A DNA stretch of 53,221 nucleotides from Verrucomicrobiota bacterium (lineage in GTDB: Bacteria; Verrucomicrobiota; Verrucomicrobiia; Limisphaerales; JAEYXS01), in the NCBI GenBank assembly GCA_030834415.1, contig JAURFH010000002.1, positions 1-53,221 on the forward strand, in the 5' to 3' direction. Both the position numbers and the translations under genes were made by a program. The notes below the pieces were generated by a model, which worked only from the letters and a program-made list of their open reading frames with translations, ran no database searches and was not told where the DNA came from. Below, piece by piece: positions 47,709 to 53,221 of this stretch; position 1 is the first letter of the stretch; every line of letters starts with the position of its first letter.

Positions 47709-50700
47709 ATGCAGTTGCCATATCGTAACGCCTTCGCCTGTCTTGCTGCGGTCTTGTTCAGCTTCGGGCCTGCCCTTGCCCCGCTCCACGCCGCCGACGG
47801 CACCAAAGACGACAAGTATCCCGATGGCGTTTCCCTCGCGGACGATCCGGCCACCGCGATGAAGAAGTTCCGCATCACGCCCGGCCTGAAGATCGATGTC
47901 TTCGCCGCCGAGCCGGACATCCAGGACGTCGTCAGCTTCGCCTTTGATGACAAAGGCCGCGCCTATGTCGTAGAGACCGGCCGCCGTCGCACTTCCGTCT
48001 ATGACATCCGCAAACATCGCGACTGGACCGATAACGACCTCTCCTTCCGTAGCGTTCAAGACCGCATCGACTTTCTGAAAGAGAAGCTCGTCCCCAGCAA
48101 CAAAGACTTGCCGAAAGACATCGTCGTCGACCGCAATAACGACGGCAAATTCGACTGGAAAGATTTGGAAGTGGAATCCGAGCGCATCCGCTTCATTGAA
48201 GATACCGATGGCGACGGCAAGGTGGACCGATCCTATATCTACGCCGATGGCTTCAACACCCTCGTCTCCGGTGTTGCTGCCGGCATCGCCGTGAAGGGCG
48301 AAGATGTCTACTTCACCTGCATCCCCGATCTCTGGCTCTTGAAGGGCATGAACAAGGACGGCTCCGCCAAAGAGCGCGTGCCTTTGCTCAGCGGTTTCGG
48401 CGTGCACATCGCCTACGGCGGCCATGACATGCACGGCCTGAAATTCGGCTACGATGGCAAACTCTACTTCAGCATCGCCGACCGCGGCACGCACGTGGAG
48501 ACAAAGGAAGGCAAGACCATCGCCCTGCCCGATACCGGCGCGGTGTTCCGTTGCAATCCGGATGGCACCGAATTCGAAGTCGTCGCCACCGGTCTGCGCA
48601 ATCCGCAAGAACTTGTTTTCGATAACTACGGCAATCTCTTCACCGGCGATAACAACGCCGACGGTGGCGACAAGGCCCGCTGGACGCACATCGTGGAAGG
48701 CGCAGATTACGGCTGGCGCTATGGCTGGCAGCACCTGCCCAAGCTCGGCGCTTGGAACTCCGAAAAGCTCTGGGATCTCCCGCCACGCAATACCGCCGCT
48801 TACATCCTGCCACCAGCCGCCCACATCGGCCATGGCCCGGCGGGCATCTCCTACTATCCCGGCACCGGTCTGCCGGACAAGTTCAAGGACACTTTCTTCT
48901 ACGCAGATTTCCCCGGCGGCGTGCGTTACTTCAAGATGCGTCCCTTCGGTGCCTCCTACTTGGTGAACAATCCCAAGGATTACCTGATGGACAACACGTT
49001 GGAGAAAATGGATGGCAAACTCATCTGGGGCCTGTATCCCACCGACGTGGAGTTCGCCCCGAACGGCGGCATCTATTTGCTGGACTGGGTAAGCGGTTGG
49101 GAGAAGACCGGCAAAGGCCGTATCTATCGCCTGCATGATCCGGAGATCGACAGCAGCGATGCCGTCACGGACACCAAGACCATCCTCGCCGCCGGCATGA
49201 AAGGCCGCAGCGATGATGAACTGATCCGCTTGCTCGGTCACGCCGACCAACGCGTCCGTCTCGCCGCGCAATACGCCATCTCCGAGGATGCCCGCGACAA
49301 GGAATTCAAGAAGACGAAAGTCACCCGCTTCATCCGTCCTTTCAGCCGTCCACTGGACGCCCTGCTCACCGCGGCCAAGACCAGCCGCAATCAGATGCAA
49401 CGCATCCACGCCCTCTGGGCCATCGACCAGATGGGCCGCACTCCCGGTCTGGACCACGTTGCAGAACTCGTCCCGCTCATCTTGGATAAAGACCCCGAAG
49501 TCCGCGCCCTCACCGCGAAGATCATGGGCGATGTCCGCTATGACGGCGCTTACAACGCTCTCTTACAATTGCTCAATGATTCCGAGCCCCGCGTCCGTTA
49601 CTTCGCCGTGCTCAGCGCGGGGCGTTACGGTGATCCCCGCGCTACGGATCGCATCATCAACGTCATCCGCGAGAATGGCGAACGCGATCCCTACCTGCGC
49701 CACGCCTGCATGATGGCCCTCACGATGATCGATGGAGGCAAAGCCATCGCCGTGGCCGCCAAGGATGACTCCCCCTCCGTCCGGCTCGCCGCCTTGCTCG
49801 CCATGCGCAAGCTGGAAGATCCGGATGTCGCCCAGTTCCTGACCGAGCGTGACAGTTTGCTCGTGCTGGAAGCTGCCCGCGCCATCAATGACATCCCGCT
49901 CAACTCCGCGATGCCCGAACTCGCGAAGCTGACCAAGAACGCCAAAGCCGCCGATCCCGTCTTGCGCCGGGCGATGAACGCGAATCTCCGCCTCGGCAAA
50001 ACCAGCAATGCTCAGGCCATCGCTGACCTGGTCGCCCAAGACACCGTGAGTGAAGCCGTACGCGTGGAAGGTTTGGAATTCCTCGGTGACTGGGCCAAGC
50101 CCGGTGGCCGCGACCGCATCACCGGCCTCTGGCGCCCGGTGAGTGACCGCAGCCCCAACGCCGCCCGTCAGGCGCTGAAGTCCTACTGGAAAGATTTGCT
50201 GGGCACCGCTTCGGACAATGTCCGCATCGCCGCCATCATCGCCATCGAGAAGCTGGAGCTGAAGGAAGCTGGCGAAACCCTGCGCGGTCTCGTGGCGGAT
50301 GACATGCTCAAGGTGGATATCCGCATCGCCGCCTTGCGCGCGCTCGCCGGTCTGAAAGACGAAAAACTCAATGAACTGATCCAAGTGGCCCGTAAGGACA
50401 AAGAGAACGGCCTGCGCCGTGAAGGCAGCCGTATCCTCACCGCCATGGCCGGGCCGAACATGATGAAGACCATCGCCACCACGCTGAACGAAAGTTCCGT
50501 GGGCGAGCAGCAAGCCGCGCTGGAGACGTTGGCTGGCATCCAGGGCGAGGAGGCAGATGCCCTCGTCGTCACTTGGCTCGAGAAATTGAAGGATGGCTCG
50601 GTGCCGCGCGAACTACAGCTCGATGTCGTCACCGCCGCCACCGGCCGCAAAGCCGCCGCAGTCAAGACGGCGTTGAAAGCCTATCAATCCAAGCAGAACA

Positions 50701-51158
50701 AGAAGGATTCGCTCTACGGCTTCCGCGAAGTGCTCTACGGCGGTGATGCCGCCCGTGGCAAGGAGATCTTCCACGAACGCGCCGAAGCCGCCTGCTTCCG
50801 CTGCCACAAGATCAACGGTGAAGGTGGCGATGTCGGCCCGGACCTAGGCAAGATCGGTGCCCAGAAAGAACGCGAGTATCTGCTCGAATCCATCATCCAT
50901 CCGAACTCCGTCATCGCGCCTGGCTTCGAGAACGTGGTGGTGACCTTGAAGAGCCGCACTACGGTGATGGGCATCCTCAAGCAGGAGAGCGAGACGGAAT
51001 TACTCGTCAACTCGCCGGAGGACGGACCCACCACGATCAAGAAATCCGACATAGAAAAACGCGAGAAAGGCATGTCCTCGATGCTGCCTGAGCTGGGCAC
51101 CATCTTGACCAAACAAGACCTGCGCGATGTCATCGAGTATCTGGCGAACCTGAAATGA
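47709..51158 (+). CDS. PVC-type heme-binding protein (dehydrogenase/beta-propeller-like N-domain, HEAT repeats, C-terminal cytochrome c)
   Basis: The start is taken at MQLPYRNAFACLAAVLF (signal peptide). The propeller-like region contains GLRNPQELVFDNYGNLFTGDNNADGGD. HEAT-like repeats follow (DQRVRLAA, DPEVRALTA, EPRVRYFAV, SPSVRLAAL). The C-terminal CxxCH reads CFRCHKINGEGGDVGPDL, with IHPN downstream. Confidence 0.85.
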   Translation: MQLPYRNAFACLAAVLFSFGPALAPLHAADGTKDDKYPDGVSLADDPATAMKKFRITPGLKIDVFAAEPDIQDVVSFAFDDKGRAYVVETGRRRTSVYDIRKHRDWTDNDLSFRSVQDRIDFLKEKLVPSNKDLPKDIVVDRNNDGKFDWKDLEVESERIRFIEDTDGDGKVDRSYIYADGFNTLVSGVAAGIAVKGEDVYFTCIPDLWLLKGMNKDGSAKERVPLLSGFGVHIAYGGHDMHGLKFGYDGKLYFSIADRGTHVETKEGKTIALPDTGAVFRCNPDGTEFEVVATGLRNPQELVFDNYGNLFTGDNNADGGDKARWTHIVEGADYGWRYGWQHLPKLGAWNSEKLWDLPPRNTAAYILPPAAHIGHGPAGISYYPGTGLPDKFKDTFFYADFPGGVRYFKMRPFGASYLVNNPKDYLMDNTLEKMDGKLIWGLYPTDVEFAPNGGIYLLDWVSGWEKTGKGRIYRLHDPEIDSSDAVTDTKTILAAGMKGRSDDELIRLLGHADQRVRLAAQYAISEDARDKEFKKTKVTRFIRPFSRPLDALLTAAKTSRNQMQRIHALWAIDQMGRTPGLDHVAELVPLILDKDPEVRALTAKIMGDVRYDGAYNALLQLLNDSEPRVRYFAVLSAGRYGDPRATDRIINVIRENGERDPYLRHACMMALTMIDGGKAIAVAAKDDSPSVRLAALLAMRKLEDPDVAQFLTERDSLLVLEAARAINDIPLNSAMPELAKLTKNAKAADPVLRRAMNANLRLGKTSNAQAIADLVAQDTVSEAVRVEGLEFLGDWAKPGGRDRITGLWRPVSDRSPNAARQALKSYWKDLLGTASDNVRIAAIIAIEKLELKEAGETLRGLVADDMLKVDIRIAALRALAGLKDEKLNELIQVARKDKENGLRREGSRILTAMAGPNMMKTIATTLNESSVGEQQAALETLAGIQGEEADALVVTWLEKLKDGSVPRELQLDVVTAATGRKAAAVKTALKAYQSKQNKKDSLYGFREVLYGGDAARGKEIFHERAEAACFRCHKINGEGGDVGPDLGKIGAQKEREYLLESIIHPNSVIAPGFENVVVTLKSRTTVMGILKQESETELLVNSPEDGPTTIKKSDIEKREKGMSSMLPELGTILTKQDLRDVIEYLANLK

Positions 51159-51174
51159 CCGGACAGTTTCAACC

Positions 51175-51939
51175 ATGAGTCTGTTCTCACTCCAAGGTCA
51201 CGGCGCCCTGGTCACCGGCTCCTCACGCGGTATCGGGCTTGCCATCGGTACCGGTCTGCACGAGGCGGGCGCCGAGGTGGTGTTTCACGGCACGAAGAAC
51301 CGCCCCAAGACGATCCCGCCCGCCTGCCCTTATGTGAACGGTGATTTGCGTTCCGTGATGTCTCCGCGTGACATCATCACTGCTGCCCGCAAGCGCATGT
51401 CCAAGTTCGACCTGCTCGTCTGCAATGCCGGTTCGTTCTACGACGTGCCCTTCCGCGAGATGAACCTGCAACGCTGGAAGCACACCATGGACCTCTTCCT
51501 CACCGGCAACTACTTCCTGATCCAGGAATTCGCCAAGGTGCTGCGGGAGGAAGGTGGCTCCGGCTCTGTGGTCCTCGTCACCGATACCAGCGGTTTTCAA
51601 GCCGACCACGACTGCACCGCCTACGACATCGCCAAGGCCGGCATGATCGGCATGGTGAAGACCTTGAGCGTCGCCCTGGGCTCGCAGAAAATCCGCGTGA
51701 ACGGCCTCGCCCCCGGCGTGATCGATACGGACTTCACCCACGCACGCTTGGGCAACACCCCGGAGCGTGTGGCCGATTACGAACAAAAATTCGCCCTCGA
51801 ACGCTTCGGTGCCGCGGCGGATTGCGTCGGTGCCGCCGTCTTCCTGTGCTCTGATGCCTCCTCCTACGTCACCGGCCAGATCATCGCCGTGGACGGCGGC
51901 CTCTCCGCCAGCCGCGTGGGAAAGAAGACGAAGAGTTGA
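51175..51939 (+). CDS. SDR family oxidoreductase
   Basis: 254-aa ORF with the cofactor motif VTGSSRGIGLAIG, NAG, the catalytic YDIAKAG (YxxxK) and a C-terminal GQIIAVDGG. Confidence 0.9.
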   Translation: MSLFSLQGHGALVTGSSRGIGLAIGTGLHEAGAEVVFHGTKNRPKTIPPACPYVNGDLRSVMSPRDIITAARKRMSKFDLLVCNAGSFYDVPFREMNLQRWKHTMDLFLTGNYFLIQEFAKVLREEGGSGSVVLVTDTSGFQADHDCTAYDIAKAGMIGMVKTLSVALGSQKIRVNGLAPGVIDTDFTHARLGNTPERVADYEQKFALERFGAAADCVGAAVFLCSDASSYVTGQIIAVDGGLSASRVGKKTKS

Positions 51940-52159
51940 TAACGTTGGAGCCGTCGCCTCACCGTAAGGCTCTCTTAAGAAGCATCCTAAACTATTCGCT
52001 TTCTCATCCCCCTATCAAGCTTCCCAGATTAACAAGTCATGCCCCTGCCTAAGTCCCGAAGGGACATCTGCCGGTAGCCACGGGTGACCAACGGGAACCC
52101 GTGGTCACCGATGGAAATTTGTCTTCGCCCCGGCCGGGGCGATTGACTATTCTTTTGCC

Positions 52160-52612
52160 ATGCCGGGGACTTATTCGAATATCAAATTTCATCTGATCTT
52201 CAGCACCAAACACCGCGAGCCATTCCTAACCAAGGATTGCCGTGCGCGAGTCCATGATTATTTGGGCGGTACAATTCGAGGTGAAGGCGGGCACGTAATC
52301 GAAGTCAATGGGGTGGATGACCATGTGCATATCCTCTTTGGCTGGCGCACGGATGAATCGATCGCAAATCTGCTCAGACGACTTAAATCTGGGTCCTCTG
52401 GATGGATTCACGACACCTTCCCGCACCTGAAGCACTTCTACTGGCAAGAGGGATACAGCATATTTTCAGTCAGCGAGTCACAAGTCGCTGTGGTCCGCAA
52501 GTATATCCTAAATCAAGAAGAACATCACCGAACCAAGACGTTCAAGGAGGAATTGTTAAGCCTGTTGCGGAAGCATGGGGTGGAGTTTGATGAACGGTAT
52601 GTGTTTGATTGA
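52160..52612 (+). CDS. REP-associated tyrosine transposase (IS200/IS605-like Y1 HUH transposase, RayT-like)
   Basis: 150-aa ORF with the HUH motif (DDHVHILF), the motif FYWQEGYSIFSVS and the catalytic-Tyr region VRKYILNQEEHH. Confidence 0.88.
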   Translation: MPGTYSNIKFHLIFSTKHREPFLTKDCRARVHDYLGGTIRGEGGHVIEVNGVDDHVHILFGWRTDESIANLLRRLKSGSSGWIHDTFPHLKHFYWQEGYSIFSVSESQVAVVRKYILNQEEHHRTKTFKEELLSLLRKHGVEFDERYVFD

Positions 52613-52624
52613 ACGCTCAGTCAT

Positions 52625-52641
52625 CCGCCCCTTCGGGGCGG
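52625..52641 (+). terminator. GC hairpin downstream of the transposase gene (possible terminator)
   Basis: CCGCCCC-TTC-GGGGCGG lies 13 nt after the stop codon and is followed by the T-rich GTGTTATTTGTG. Confidence 0.4.
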
Positions 52642-52975
52642 TGTTATTTGTGAACGCTTCCCACGGGTTCCCGTTGGTCACCCGTGGCTGCTATGAGGTA
52701 AGTCAAGGCGGCATGGGATTGTTTTTTATTCAATGCGTCTATTTGTTTTCTTTCTTTCTGCTTTGGCGAGCGTTTCCTCTTCGTGTTCCGGCGGGTTGCA
52801 CCGGTTGAGTCTGCTATTCGCACGTGCTTATTGACAGTGCCTGATGACCTTCCAAGTCGGTGAAGAGGAACGGGCGTACCCCATCTACTCAAGCGGGTTC
52901 AGTCCAGCTGACCCAAGCCACGGGCCGGGCACGCGCCGCTCCCAAAATCATTACTGCGGTGAACCGGGTGATGCC

Positions 52976-53221
52976 TTATGCTTTCGGGGCATTGAGTTTT
53001 AGCCCCAGTTGCTCCGCCGTGGTCCGCTTGGTGTGCAACCGCCACAGGTCAATCGCCAGCCGACGGGCCAAAGCCACAATCGCCTTCTGCTTGGCTCCGT
53101 TACCTGGGGACGCACTCAACAGCACCTTGCCCCAGCGTTTGAGGCCCAAGTAGTCAGGTTGGTAGCGGACCACCCGCCATGCCATCTCGATCAGGGCCGT
53201 GCGCAGCCGCTGATTGCCGTG
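52976..53221 (-). CDS. IS110-family transposase, C-terminal part (truncated by the window edge)
   Basis: The minus-strand frame is open from the window edge: HGNQRLRTALIEMAWRVVRYQPDYLGLKRW...KQKAIVALARRLAIDLWRLH. This matches the conserved C-terminal region of IS110/IS116/IS902 transposases. The stop is at 52976-52978. Confidence 0.75.
   Translation of the reverse strand, partial: HGNQRLRTALIEMAWRVVRYQPDYLGLKRWGKVLLSASPGNGAKQKAIVALARRLAIDLWRLHTKRTTAEQLGLKLNAPKA

Larger units (their letters stand above)
52076..52689 (+). mobile_element. RayT-type unit: Y1 transposase gene bracketed by inverted REP-like repeats
   Basis: AGCCACGGGTGACCAACGGGAACCCGTGG (52076-52104) is the exact reverse complement of 52661-52689. 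Each copy can itself fold (GGTGACCA/TGGTCACC plus CGGG/CCCG). Between each repeat and the gene sits a CGCCCC-N4-GGGGCG hairpin (52125-52142 and 52625-52641). Confidence 0.75.

Noticed and set aside
47676-50513. Minus-strand ORFs of 593 aa (47676-49457) and 316 aa (49563-50513) opposite the heme-binding protein gene.
   Set aside because: The composition is Gly/Ala/Val/Asp-rich, typical of antisense translation. There are no motifs, and the plus-strand gene is continuous and domain-rich.
1-53221. CRISPR arrays, tRNA, rRNA, tmRNA and RNase P RNA.
   Set aside because: I saw no regularly spaced direct repeats and no T-loop (GGTTCGAATCC-type) or other conserved RNA signatures in any intergenic region. 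This is by-eye inspection only, so an Infernal/tRNAscan run would be needed for certainty.

Overview
This is a 53.2-kb GC-rich chromosomal window. Its gene content points to the PVC superphylum, most likely Verrucomicrobiota, with Planctomycetota not excluded. I support about 44 protein-coding genes and found no rRNA, tRNA or CRISPR array. Housekeeping genes (glnD, acpS, pdxJ, thiD, prs, a PolX polymerase, a ROK glucokinase, Ppx/GppA) are interleaved with PVC-typical families of unknown function. These include two PSCyt/DUF1549/DUF1553 + DUF1501 gene pairs and a 1150-aa dehydrogenase-like/HEAT/cytochrome-c protein. There are also two ECF sigma/anti-sigma modules and two large hybrid sensor kinases. 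The right end is a small mobile-element patch. It holds a RayT-like HUH tyrosine transposase bracketed by perfect 29-bp inverted self-folding repeats, followed by a window-truncated IS110-family transposase. I do not see an obvious complete defence or secretion system. The observations most worth a second look are:
- The RayT/REP unit at the right end.
- A 114-bp multi-hairpin element with terminal inverted repeats inside the pdxJ-acpS spacer.
- A tandem pair of divergent thymidylate-kinase-like genes, one with a Walker-A Lys->Arg, fused into a cluster with ROK kinase and Ppx/GppA.
- A hydrolase/ROK-like kinase/esterase/PIG-L deacetylase cluster.
- A small phage-type ORF carrying an in-frame amber codon at the left edge.
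All domain calls come from motif recognition by eye, with no database search. Start codons chosen inside track ORFs are inferences.
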